Below are positions 18,929-31,058 of a DNA stretch of 64,000 nucleotides, in pieces. How positions within the stretch are numbered: position 1 is the stretch's first letter; each line of letters starts with the position of its first letter. Where the stretch lies: assembly GCA_965203055.1 (NCBI GenBank), contig OZ241863.1, forward strand, positions 96,001 to 160,000. The letters are read 5' to 3'. Origin of the DNA: Spirochaetia bacterium (lineage in GTDB: Bacteria > Spirochaetota > Spirochaetia > SZUA-6 > Bin103). The notes beneath the pieces were generated by a model. It ran no database searches, was not told the DNA's origin, and saw nothing but the letters and a program-made list of their open reading frames with translations. Position numbers and translations under genes: made by a program.

Positions 18929-20777
18929 TCCCGGCGCGGGAGGCGATCGTCTCCGGCGACTCGGCCAGGAGCGCCTCCACCGAGCCGAACACCTCCAGCA
19001 GGCGGCGGCTGCGGGCGCGGCCGATGCCGTGCACCGATTCCAGCAGCGACAGACCGACGCGCTTGCTGCGCAAGCGGCGGTTGAAGCCGGTGGCGAAGCG
19101 GTGGGACTCGTCCCGGGCGCTCTGCAGCACGCGCAACGCCGGCGAAGTGGCGGGCAGGAGCACCGGATGGGAGCGGCCCGGCAGGAAGATCTCTTCGTTG
19201 CGCTTGGCCAGTCCGGCGACCGGCAGGTGGTCCAGTTCGAGGGCGCGCAGGATGCGCACCGCGGCGCTTACCTGCCCCTTGCCGCCGTCTACCAGCACCA
19301 GGTCGGGCAATGGGCGGTTGTCGTTGACCAGGCGGGTGTAGCGCCGCGCCACTACCTCGCGCATGGCCGCGAAGTCGTCCACCTGGTCGCCCAGGGTGCG
19401 CAGTTTGAAATGCCGGTAGGACTGCTTTTCCGGGCTGCCGTCCACGAACACCACCAGCGAGGCCACCGTGTCGCGACCCTGCAGGTGGGAGATGTCGAAC
19501 GCCTCGATGCGGCGCGGCGTGGCATCCAGTTGCAGCGCGTCACGCAACGCTTCGAGGGCGCTGAGCTTCGCGTCGCGGTCGGCGCGCTGCTGTTCACCGG
19601 TCTCCCAATCCACGCGCGCGTTGTGCTCCGCAAGGCGCAGGAAGCGGGCGTGCTTGCCGCGTTGCGGCACCTTCACGTGCAGCCGCGCCGGCCGCCGCCC
19701 GGCGGCAGGAGCGGCCGCATCGCCGCGGTCCGCGCCGCCGCCGGGCGCAGGGCCAAGCACGGTACGGTCGAGAGCGCGCTGCAACAGCTCCGCGGCCGCC
19801 GCCGGCAGGCGCAGGAACACGCTGCGCGGGCGGGTCTGGATGCCGGCGTAGTACTGGAGCAGAAAGCTAGGCAGCACCTCCTCAGGCGGCGCCGTATCCA
19901 GCAGCCGGAAGCGCTCCTTGCCGAGTAGCTGGCCGTGGCGGACCGGCAACAGGGTGACGGTGTAGTGGGCGCCGTCCTGGTGGCAGCCCACGTAGTCGCG
20001 CGCCTCCCGCGAGAAGTCGACCACGTCCTGTTCGCTGTCGACCACCTCGCCGATCGCGCGGATCCGGTCGCGCAGCTCGGCGGCGCGCTCGAAGCGCAGC
20101 GCCGCGGCTTCCTGCTGCATCAGGGCGCGCAGCTCGCGGATCAGCTCGGCGCTGTTGCCGGTAAGCAACTTGCGCACCGCGGCCACCCGCCGCTGGTACG
20201 CCGGGGCGTCGATGTGGCCGACGCAGGGCGCCGCGCAACGCCCGATATGGTAGTTCAGACAAGGCTGGTCGCGGCGCTTGAACACCTCGCCGCGCTTGCG
20301 CAGGGGAAACAGCTTGTCGATCAAGGTAAGGTAGACGTCGATCCGGTTGACCTTGGGAAAGGGACCGAAGTACTCGGAGCCGTCGAGCACGATGGTGCGG
20401 GTGCGGAACACCTTCGGGTATTCCTCATTGGTCAAGCGGATGACGGGGTAGGACTTGCCGTCCTTGAGATTGATGTTGTAGCGCGGGGCGCGGTCCTTGA
20501 TGAGCGAGTTCTCCAACAGCAGCGCCTCGAACTCGCTGTGGGTGACGATCACCTCGAAGTCCGCCACCCGGCTGACCAGCACGAGGGTCTTGAGATCGCG
20601 CGCCGCGCCCGCCCCCCCGGCATTGAAGTAGGTCCCGACCCGAGCCCGCAGGTTCTTGGACTTGCCCACGTACAGCACCTGACCGCGGCGGTCCTTGAGC
20701 AGGTAGACGCCGGGCGCGCGCGGCAGCTCCCGCGCCATCCGCGGCAGATCGGCCGTTGCCGTGTCGCCAACACCCAT
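18834..20777 (-). CDS. uvrC: Excinuclease ABC subunit C
   Basis: PGVY...YVGKSKNL GIY-YIG, EAFDISH, LVDGGKGQ, RDESHRFA, C-terminal HhH. Confidence 0.97.
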   Translation of the reverse strand: MGVGDTATADLPRMARELPRAPGVYLLKDRRGQVLYVGKSKNLRARVGTYFNAGGAGAARDLKTLVLVSRVADFEVIVTHSEFEALLLENSLIKDRAPRYNINLKDGKSYPVIRLTNEEYPKVFRTRTIVLDGSEYFGPFPKVNRIDVYLTLIDKLFPLRKRGEVFKRRDQPCLNYHIGRCAAPCVGHIDAPAYQRRVAAVRKLLTGNSAELIRELRALMQQEAAALRFERAAELRDRIRAIGEVVDSEQDVVDFSREARDYVGCHQDGAHYTVTLLPVRHGQLLGKERFRLLDTAPPEEVLPSFLLQYYAGIQTRPRSVFLRLPAAAAELLQRALDRTVLGPAPGGGADRGDAAAPAAGRRPARLHVKVPQRGKHARFLRLAEHNARVDWETGEQQRADRDAKLSALEALRDALQLDATPRRIEAFDISHLQGRDTVASLVVFVDGSPEKQSYRHFKLRTLGDQVDDFAAMREVVARRYTRLVNDNRPLPDLVLVDGGKGQVSAAVRILRALELDHLPVAGLAKRNEEIFLPGRSHPVLLPATSPALRVLQSARDESHRFATGFNRRLRSKRVGLSLLESVHGIGRARSRRLLEVFGSVEALLAESPETIASRAGITRETAATLLARLARQHDTAGAAAAARTTPG

Positions 20778-20868
20778 TGGGTAGTAGTATAGTATGGCGG
20801 GTGCGCGCGATCTGTGGCATACTGGTTTGACGGGACGTGGCGGCGGCTTGGCGCGCGGTCCCGGCCGC

Positions 20869-20941
20869 GGGGGATTAGCTCAGGTGGTAGAGCGATTGGT
20901 TCGCAATCAATAGGTCAGGGGTTCGAGTCCCCTATCCTCCA
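20869..20941 (+). tRNA. tRNA-Ala(CGC)
   Basis: GGGGGAT/ATCCTCC acceptor stem with G3:U70, anticodon arm ATTGG-TT-CGC-AA-TCAAT, GGTTCGAGTCC T-loop; CCA not encoded. Confidence 0.95.
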
Positions 20942-20956
20942 AGGAGGCCCCACGCC

Positions 20957-21508
20957 GTGATCGTCTCCCAGGAGACGTTGCGGGAGCTCATGGCCAGCGG
21001 CGCGGTAGTCGTCGCGCCGCTGGCGCCGGATCAGTTGCAGCCCGCCTCCATCGACCTCACCTTGGGCGACCACTTCCTCAAGGTAGACGAGAACGCCGTC
21101 GACCGCATCACCCTGGACGCAGAGTTGCGCTACGTCCCGCTGCACACCGAGGAGATCGTGATTCCCCCGCTCTCGTTCCTGCTCGCCGTCACCCGCGAGC
21201 GGATCAAGCTGCCGCACGACATTACGGCGTTCGTCGAGGGCCGCAGCTCCATCGGGCGGCTGGGACTGTTCATTCAGAATGCCGGCTGGGTGGATCCCGG
21301 CTTCGACGGCACCCTTACCCTGGAGCTGTTCAACGCCAACCGGCTCCCCATTCGACTGCGCGCCGGCCGGCGCATCTGCCAGATCGTATTCGCCCAACTG
21401 GACCGCAGCACCGGTCATCCCTACCGCGGCAAGTACCAGCATCAATCGAGCGCCGTCGGCAGCCGCATCCACCTCGACCGGCAAGCGCCGGCGCCGGCCG
21501 ACGCCTGA
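20957..21508 (+). CDS. dcd: dCTP deaminase
   Basis: QPASIDL, EGRSSIGRLGL, AGWVDPGFDG, TLEL, YRGKY. Confidence 0.93.
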   Translation: MIVSQETLRELMASGAVVVAPLAPDQLQPASIDLTLGDHFLKVDENAVDRITLDAELRYVPLHTEEIVIPPLSFLLAVTRERIKLPHDITAFVEGRSSIGRLGLFIQNAGWVDPGFDGTLTLELFNANRLPIRLRAGRRICQIVFAQLDRSTGHPYRGKYQHQSSAVGSRIHLDRQAPAPADA

Positions 21509-21538
21509 CGCGGCCGCCGGCCACTCCCGCCGCGGCCG

Positions 21539-22834
<1,296 letters not shown>

Positions 22835-22922
22835 TGATGATATGGCCTGCTACAAAGTATAGGGTACCCGGAAACCGCGCCGCAACGGCGCTGCCGGAGG
22901 GCGGGCGGGCAGGCGCTTGCTG

Positions 22923-24341
22923 CTACGAGGCCGGCAGGCGCAGGGTGAAGGTGCTGCCGCGGCCTGGGCTGCTGCGGACGTTCACCTCGCCGGCGTGCGC
23001 CTGGGCGATGTGCTTGACGATGGCGAGGCCGAGGCCGGTGCCGCCGTAGGCGCTGCTGCGGGCGCGGTCTACGCGGTAGAAGCGCTCGAAGATGCGCTCC
23101 TGGTGCTCGGGCGCGATGCCGCTGCCGGCGTCGGTCACGTCTATCAGCACGCTGCCGGCGGCGCGCCGGGCGCGGACCTCGACCGGCGCGCCGCGGCGGC
23201 TGTAATTGATGGCGTTGTCGAGCAGGTTGGTGACCGCCTGCTCCACGAGCTGCGCGTTCATGCGGCAGGTAAGGTCGGGATCGCAGCTTGACTGCAATGC
23301 CACGCCGCGCGCCGCGGCGGCCTGCCCGCACGACACCATGGCGGAGGAAATGACCGGGGCGAGCGCCGTGTCGGTGAACCTGATGCTGCTGCGCTCCTCA
23401 CCCAACTCGATGTCGGCCAGACTCAGCAGATCGTCGATGATCGCGCCCAGGCGTAGCGCCTGCCGGTGAGTGATCCGCAGAAAGCGACGCGCCTCCGGGC
23501 CGGCGCACATCTCGTTGTCCAGCAGGGTCTCTACGAAGCCGCTGATGGAGGTGACGGGGGTGCGCAGTTCGTGGGAAACGTTGGCCACGAAGTCGCGCCG
23601 CACCTGCTCCAGATGGCGCAGGCGGGTCACGTCGCGCACCACCACCAAGGCGCCGCGTTCGCCGCCGGCGCCGGCGAACGGCTGGCTCTGCGCCTGCAGC
23701 CAACGCGGTTCGCGGCCGGGAATGCGAACGTCGGCGTCGGCGCACTCGTCGTGATACAAGGCCGGCTCCGCCACCTCGGCCACGCCGTGCTCCTGCAGCA
23801 GGCCGCGCGCCGCGCTGAGCCGCGCGCCGGCGCCAGCCGCGGGCTCCGCGCCACCGGCGCCCAACATGTCCGCCCCGGTGGGATTGATCTCCAGGAGCGT
23901 GCCGTCGCGGCCGAACACCAGCACCCCGTGCGGCAGGCCGTCGATCACCGCGCTCAGGCGCCGGTGGGCCTGCTCCAGGTCACGCATCCGTTCCTGCGCC
24001 GCGGCCGCGAGCGACTCCAGCGGCGCGTCCGGCCCGGCGCCATCCCCGCGCGCGGCGGCCAGCATCCGGCCGCTGCGCGCGGCCGGGCGCGCGTAGCAAC
24101 GCCACACCGCCAGCAGCGCCGCGCCAACCGCGACCGCCAGCAGCGCCGCGCCAACCGCGGCCGCCGGCGCGCGCCCGGGCAGGCCGGCGGCCAGACCGGT
24201 CGCCACTCCCAATGCGGCTACGGCCGCCAGGCTGCCGCCAACGGCCGCCAACCGCCGCCAACCGCCGGTGCCGCCGCGGCGCGGCGTCCCGAGTGGTGAG
24301 CCGCGCGCCTGGTCCGGTTGCGGCGTCGGCGGGTCGTTCAC
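22923..24341 (-). CDS. PhoR-like sensor histidine kinase
   Basis: Two TM segments, PAS-like region, RDFVANVSHELRTP, NLLDNAI, RFYRVD, GGTGLGL. Confidence 0.9.
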   Translation of the reverse strand: MNDPPTPQPDQARGSPLGTPRRGGTGGWRRLAAVGGSLAAVAALGVATGLAAGLPGRAPAAAVGAALLAVAVGAALLAVWRCYARPAARSGRMLAAARGDGAGPDAPLESLAAAAQERMRDLEQAHRRLSAVIDGLPHGVLVFGRDGTLLEINPTGADMLGAGGAEPAAGAGARLSAARGLLQEHGVAEVAEPALYHDECADADVRIPGREPRWLQAQSQPFAGAGGERGALVVVRDVTRLRHLEQVRRDFVANVSHELRTPVTSISGFVETLLDNEMCAGPEARRFLRITHRQALRLGAIIDDLLSLADIELGEERSSIRFTDTALAPVISSAMVSCGQAAAARGVALQSSCDPDLTCRMNAQLVEQAVTNLLDNAINYSRRGAPVEVRARRAAGSVLIDVTDAGSGIAPEHQERIFERFYRVDRARSSAYGGTGLGLAIVKHIAQAHAGEVNVRSSPGRGSTFTLRLPAS

Positions 24342-24343
24342 GC

Positions 24344-25048
24344 CTAGGGCGCCGGGTCGGAGAAGCGGTAGCCGACGCCGCGCACGGTCTCGATGAGCCG
24401 ATTGTTGGCGCCCAGCTTCTTGCGCACCCCGGCGATGAGCACGTCGATGGAGCGGTCGGTTACCGGGTAATCGGGCCCATGGACCGCGGCCACGAGCTGG
24501 TTGCGGGTAAACACCCAGCCGGGGCGGGCGGCGAGGAACTGCAGCACCGCGAACTCGGTGGCAGTCAGCGGCACCGCCCGCCCGCCGTACTTTACGTCGC
24601 GCTTGCCGGGGTGAATGGTCAGCTCGCCGATGGTCAGGGGCGCCTGCTCGTCATGCACCTCAGCGCCATGCCGGCGCAGCACCGCCTTGAGCCGCGCGAC
24701 CAGTACCCGCGGCCTGAACGGCTTGGTGACGTAGTCCTCGGCGCCCTGTTCCAGGCCGGCCACGATGTCGGCCTCGTCGCCCCTGGCGGAGATCATGATG
24801 ATCGGCACCCCGCGGGTCATGACGTTGGACTTCAGCGCCCGGCACAGCGCCAGACCGTCCATACCCGGCAGCATGATGTCTACCAGGATCAGCCCCAGGG
24901 AGACCTGCTCCACGATCCGCAGGGCCTTCTCGGCGGTGGCCGCGGCCAAGGTGACGAAGCCCTCCTTCTCGCAGTTGAAGCGGATCAGCTCCGTGATGTC
25001 GGCCTCATCCTCGACCACCAGGATGCGGTTGCTTGCGGAAGCCGCCAT
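24344..25048 (-). CDS. OmpR/PhoB-family response regulator
   Basis: ILVVEDE, VDIMLPGMDG, YVTKPF, IETVRGVGY. Confidence 0.92.
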   Translation of the reverse strand: MAASASNRILVVEDEADITELIRFNCEKEGFVTLAAATAEKALRIVEQVSLGLILVDIMLPGMDGLALCRALKSNVMTRGVPIIMISARGDEADIVAGLEQGAEDYVTKPFRPRVLVARLKAVLRRHGAEVHDEQAPLTIGELTIHPGKRDVKYGGRAVPLTATEFAVLQFLAARPGWVFTRNQLVAAVHGPDYPVTDRSIDVLIAGVRKKLGANNRLIETVRGVGYRFSDPAP

Positions 25049-25053
25049 CCCGC

Positions 25054-26337
25054 CTACCCTGCGCCGGGGTCCGCGTTCGGCGTTATCGCGGCGCGCGTGG
25101 CCGCCAGCCGCGCTCCCTTCCATTCGGTGCGCACGCCGGCGATGGCCAACACCGTGATGTAGGCGTAGAAGCCCATGAAGAACAACGTATAGGGCACCAC
25201 CCGCGCCAGGGCGCGCCCGCGGCGCCGCCGGTACAGCACCGCTTCCAGGGTGGCCAGCGTGCCGATGCTGAGCAGCGAGGTGAGCGGCAGCGCCGCCAGC
25301 CACGGCGCCAGCAGCGTCCCCGGCGCGGCCGCCACGCTGGCAATCAGAAACAGCGTCACGTAGCGGTACCCCCAGGCCGCGGCGCGGTCGCCGCTGAAGA
25401 ACGCGCCGCCGTTCCAGCGTACGTGCTGGTTGATGAAGCGGCGCCAGCTCGGTTGCGGCTCGGTGGTGACCTGGGTGGCCGGCAAGGTAGCGGGCCGCAC
25501 CCTCCAGCCGCACCGGCTCGCCGCCCCGATCAGCGCCGCATCTTCCGTCAGGGTGTAACCCAGCGAGCGAAATCCGCCGATCCGGGCCAGCACCGGCGCG
25601 CGTAGCGCCAAGTTGTTGCCGAAGCATCCCGTGGGTCTGCCCAGGCCGGCGCTGCCGGTGGAATACTGATGCACCAGCGGCTGCTCGAACGCTTGGTAGC
25701 GGTCCAGAAAGCGGGGCCGCCGGCGGGCCCCCCTGGAACGCACTGCCAACTGCCCGAAGACCACGCCGACCGCGCCGCCGGGGTCGCCGGTGAAGTAGGC
25801 CGCCAGACCCGCCACCCAGGTGGGAGGCACGATGCAGTCGGCGTCGGTGAAGAACAGCAATTCGCCGCCGGCCGCCGCCACCCCCAGGTCCAGCGCCTGC
25901 TGCTTGCCGGTGCAGTCCACCGGCGGGCGCCGGTTGCGTACCACCCGCACCGGATAGGGCGCCGCGGCCCGATGCCGCTCCATGATCGCTGCGGTGGCGT
26001 CGCTCGAACGGTCATCCACCAGTACCAACTCGAAGGCGGTCGTGGTCTGAGCGGCCAGGGAAGCCAACAGATGCGGCAATGCGTCCTGCTCGTCCATCGC
26101 CGCGACCACCACCGACACCGCGGGCGGCGCGGGGGCGGGGCGCCCGCCGCGCGCGGCTCCGGCCCGGGCCGGATGCGCCGGAGCCCGCGCCGGGCGCGCC
26201 AGAGCCCGCGCCGGCAGAACGGAGCGACGGTCGTGGCCGCGGGCGCGCAGGATACCGGTCGCGAGCCCGCCGTGGGTGAGCAGCATCGACGCGCAGAGCG
26301 CCAACACTGCCCACTGCAGCGCGCCGCCGGCGGTCAT
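25054..26337 (-). CDS. Membrane-bound GT2 glycosyltransferase
   Basis: VDDRSSD, FTDADC (DxD), TED and QHVRW (QxxRW) motifs; TM helices at both ends. Confidence 0.85.
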   Translation of the reverse strand: MTAGGALQWAVLALCASMLLTHGGLATGILRARGHDRRSVLPARALARPARAPAHPARAGAARGGRPAPAPPAVSVVVAAMDEQDALPHLLASLAAQTTTAFELVLVDDRSSDATAAIMERHRAAAPYPVRVVRNRRPPVDCTGKQQALDLGVAAAGGELLFFTDADCIVPPTWVAGLAAYFTGDPGGAVGVVFGQLAVRSRGARRRPRFLDRYQAFEQPLVHQYSTGSAGLGRPTGCFGNNLALRAPVLARIGGFRSLGYTLTEDAALIGAASRCGWRVRPATLPATQVTTEPQPSWRRFINQHVRWNGGAFFSGDRAAAWGYRYVTLFLIASVAAAPGTLLAPWLAALPLTSLLSIGTLATLEAVLYRRRRGRALARVVPYTLFFMGFYAYITVLAIAGVRTEWKGARLAATRAAITPNADPGAG

Positions 26338-28211
26338 GACAGCGCGCGCTCCAATGACCGGTTGAGGCGACCGGCGAAGGCGACCGGATCAGCGAGCTGC
26401 GCGCCCTCGATGAGCAACGCCTGCTCCAGCAGCAGGCGGCTGGCGTCCTCCAGCAGCCCCGCCTCCGCGCCGGCCGCCAGCAGCGCTTCCAGCCTAGTTA
26501 CGATGGCGTGGTCGGGATTGATCTCCAGCACCGGCTGGAGGCGATCCGCCTCCTGACCCAGCGCCCGCAGCACGCTCTGCATCGACAGCGTCGGATCGTT
26601 CTCGTCGGCCACGATGCAGCTCGGCGAATCGCTCAGCCGGGCGCTCGCCTTCACCTCTTTCACCTCGTCTCCGAGGACTTCCTTGATGCGCTTGAGCAAC
26701 GGTTCGACCTTCCTGGCGCGTTCCTTGGAAACGTCGTCGGTCTTGAGGTCGTCGGCGGTGTCGCTGCGATTGACCGACTTGAGTTCATGCTCCCGGTACT
26801 TGCCAATGGTGGGGATCACGAAGGCATCGATCTCGTCGTCCATCAGCAGCACTTCGAGGTTCTGCTCCCGGTACACCTCCAACAGAGGCGACCGGCGCAG
26901 GTTGGCGCCGCGCTCCCCGGTGAGGTAGTAGATCGCCTTCTGCTCCGGCTGCATGCGGCCGGCGTAATCGTTCAGGCTGGTCAGCTCGTCGTGGGCGGTG
27001 GTGCGAAAGCGGACCAGCTCCAGCAGCGTCTCGCGGTTGGCGTAATCCTGGTACAACCCTTCCTTGAGGGGGCGCCCGAACTCGGTCACGAACTTGGTAT
27101 ACCGCTCGGGGTTGCCGGTCAGGGACTGGAACTCGCTCAGCAGCTTCTTGACCGAAGCGTTGCGGATGCCGGTCAACACGCGATTCTGCTGCAGCAGCTC
27201 ACGGCTCACGTTGAGCGGCAGGTCTTCGGAGTCGATCACGCCGCGCACGAAGCGCAGCCAGGCGGGCAGCAACTCCTTGTCGTCGTCGGTAATGAACACC
27301 CGCTTCACGTACAGCTTCACCCCGGGCCGATAGTCGGCGTAATACAGGTCGGCAGGCGCCTTGTTCGGCACGAAGAACAGCGTGGTGTACTCCTGGGTGC
27401 CCTCGGCGTGGGTGTGGACGTAGTGCAGCGGGTCCTCGTCGTCATGCGTCAGGGAGCGGTAGAACTCGAAGTAGTCGCTGTCCGCCAACTCCGACTTGGG
27501 GCGCTTCCAGAGCGCGGACGCGGCGTTGATCTGCTCGCTGCGCGGCTCCGTCTTCTTGTCCTCCGTCTCCGTGTAGTGCAGATGGATCGGATAGGGGATG
27601 TGGTTGGAATACTTCTTGACCAGGGAGTCGATCTGCCAGCGCGCGGCGAACTCGGCGCCGCCGTCGTTGAGCTGCAGGGTGACCGTGGTGCCGGCGCCGG
27701 TGCGCTCCGCCGGAGTGATCTCGTAGGAGCCGCGCCCGTCGCTGACCCAGCGGTGGGCCTGGCTGTCGCCGGCGCGCAGGCTGAGCACCTCGACCCGGTC
27801 GGCCACCATGAAGCTGGAGTAGAACCCCACCCCGAACTGCCCGATCAGGTTGCTGTCGCCGGGCGCGCCCTCCTTGGCCTCCTGCTGCATCGCGTCGAGG
27901 AACCGTTTGGTCCCGGAGCGCGCAATGGTGCCCAGGTTGTCACGCAGCTCGTCGGCGCTCATGCCGATGCCGCGGTCCGCGACCGTCAGGGTCCGCGGCT
28001 TGGCTTCGGCGTCGAAGGAGATGTCGATGCGCGGCGTGAACGGCGCCCCCTTGAAGTCGGCGTCGGTGAGCGTCAGGTAGCGCAGCTTGTCCAGGGCGTC
28101 GGAGGCGTTGGAGACCAGCTCGCGCAGAAAGATCTCCTTGTGCGAGTACAGCGAGTGGATGATGAGGTCCAGCAGTTGGCTGACCTCGGTCTTGAAACGG
28201 TGTTTGGCCAT
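26334..28211 (-). CDS. htpG: Chaperone HtpG (Hsp90)
   Basis: [39 protein letters not shown]. Confidence 0.98.
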
Positions 28212-28277
28212 CGTCTGCTTGCGGTTCCGTCCTTGTTCAGCGTAACTGGGTCGGCCCGGGCGGCCGGGCGTGGGCGC

Positions 28278-29363
<1,086 letters not shown>

Positions 29364-29483
29364 GACGCACCCTCAGAGTAACGATGCGGCGCCGCCGCGG
29401 TCAAACCCCGCCAGCCTCCCCCATCCCCACCGCCGCCGGTTCACCCCGCGCTTTGTGGGCACGAGCTGTACTCCCCGGATCCC

Positions 29484-29512
29484 TTGACCAAGTTGGCTCT
29501 ATTTCCTATCGT
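29484..29512 (+). promoter_or_regulatory. Promoter/operator of the higBA module
   Basis: TTGACC (29484-89), 17 nt, TATCGT (29507-12). The palindrome CCAA-G-TTGG (29488-96) overlaps the -35, as expected for TA autorepression. Confidence 0.55.
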
Positions 29513-29548
29513 GCTACTTGAGTTGATTTCGGGAGCGAAGTATATTGA

Positions 29549-29842
29549 ATGAGAATTATCGCCAAGAGGACGTTGCGGGAGTTCTGGGAGCGTCACCGGG
29601 ACTCGGAACCTCCGTTGCGCGCTTGGTATCAGGAAGTCGCGCGAGGGGATTGGGATACGCCGGCCAAGTTGAAGACGCGGTATCCGAGCGCCAGCATCGT
29701 CGCCGGCAACCGCGTGGTGTTCAACATCAAGGGCAATACCTACCGGCTGGTAACGAAGATCAACTATCGATACCGCGCCGTCTACGTGCGGTTCCTGGGA
29801 ACCCACGCCGAGTATGACGCCGTGAACGTGGAGGAGGTGTGA
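29549..29842 (+). CDS. higB: HigB toxin (RelE superfamily)
   Basis: MRIIAKRTLREFW, VFNIKGNTYRL, FLGTHAEYD. Confidence 0.92.
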   Translation: MRIIAKRTLREFWERHRDSEPPLRAWYQEVARGDWDTPAKLKTRYPSASIVAGNRVVFNIKGNTYRLVTKINYRYRAVYVRFLGTHAEYDAVNVEEV

Positions 29843-29843
29843 G

Positions 29844-31058
29844 ATGGCCGAGGTCAAGCCGATCCGGACCGAGGCGGGCTATACGGCCGCGCTCGCCCGG
29901 GTCGACGAGCTGATGGACGCCGAGCCAGGGACCCCGGAAGGCGAGGAACTCGATGTGCTGGTTGACTTGGTGGAGTTGTACGAGAGCAAGCACGTGCCGA
30001 TGGAGTATCCGAGCCCCATCGCCGCGCTCGAGTTCCGCATGGAGCAGGCGGGGTTGGCACCGCGCGATCTGGTCCCTTACCTCGGCAGCCGCGCCAAAGT
30101 GGCGGAAGTGCTCTCCGGCAAGCGCGCAATCACCATGCCGATGGCGCGCGCCCTCCATCGGCATCTGGGAATACCGGCCGAGGTGCTGCTGCGCGAGCCA
30201 ACTGCAATCGCCGAGCAACCGTTGGCGAACATCGAATGGAGCCGCTTTCCTCTCAGGGAGATGGCCAAGCGGCAGTGGATTCCGGATCTCCCTGACCTCG
30301 CGCAGCGGGCGGAAGCGCTGGTCGGCGATTTGATCAAGCGCTCCGGCACCCGGCAGGTGGCTCCTGTCGGTCTGTACCGCAAGAACGACCGCCTCCGTAC
30401 CAACGCCAAGACCGATTGGTATGCGCTCCAGGCGTGGTGCTGGCAGGTGTTGGCGTCGGCGAATCGGAATCCGCCGACGACGAAGTACGCGCCGGGCACG
30501 GTCACCTTGGAGTTCCTCGGACAGGTCGCACGGCTGAGTCGTGAGGAGGAGGGCCCGCGTCTTGCCCACGAGTTCCTGGCAACCCACGGCATCCCGCTGG
30601 TCGTCGAACGGCATCTGCCGCGCACCTATCTCGACGGAGCGGCGCTCCGTCTCGGCGGCCGGCCGGTGGTCGCTCTGACCCTGCGCTACGACCGCATCGA
30701 CGGCTTCTGGTTCTGTCTGCTGCACGAGCTGGCGCACGTTGGCCGCCACCTGGACCACGATGTCGGCGCCGCCTTCGTCGACGACCTGTCACTGCGCAAG
30801 CCGGATGGGACAGCCGAAGACCGGCGCGAGGCGGAGGCGGACGAATGGGCCGCGGAGGCGCTCATCCCGGGCTCGGTCTGGGAAGCGAGCGCGGTGAGGA
30901 ATGAGCCGACACCGCTGGCGGTCATGGGCTTGGCCCAACGCCTGCAGATTCATCCGGCCACGATTGCCGGCAGGGTCCGGTACGAGCGCCGGAACTATCG
31001 GCTGCTGTCCCAATTCGTCGGCACCGGTAAGGTCCGCCGACAATTCGGCATTACATAA
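29844..31058 (+). CDS. higA: HigA antitoxin fused to an ImmA/IrrE-family Zn metallopeptidase
   Basis: KPIRTE..Y..AL, SPIAALEFRMEQ, EVLSGKR HTH; C-terminal FWFCLLHELAHV (HExxH) and EAEADEWA. Confidence 0.88.
   Translation: MAEVKPIRTEAGYTAALARVDELMDAEPGTPEGEELDVLVDLVELYESKHVPMEYPSPIAALEFRMEQAGLAPRDLVPYLGSRAKVAEVLSGKRAITMPMARALHRHLGIPAEVLLREPTAIAEQPLANIEWSRFPLREMAKRQWIPDLPDLAQRAEALVGDLIKRSGTRQVAPVGLYRKNDRLRTNAKTDWYALQAWCWQVLASANRNPPTTKYAPGTVTLEFLGQVARLSREEEGPRLAHEFLATHGIPLVVERHLPRTYLDGAALRLGGRPVVALTLRYDRIDGFWFCLLHELAHVGRHLDHDVGAAFVDDLSLRKPDGTAEDRREAEADEWAAEALIPGSVWEASAVRNEPTPLAVMGLAQRLQIHPATIAGRVRYERRNYRLLSQFVGTGKVRRQFGIT

Noticed and set aside
24104..24160. ~24-bp tandem duplication in the kinase TM region (AVGAALL x2)
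   Set aside because: An in-frame low-complexity coding repeat with no wider pattern.
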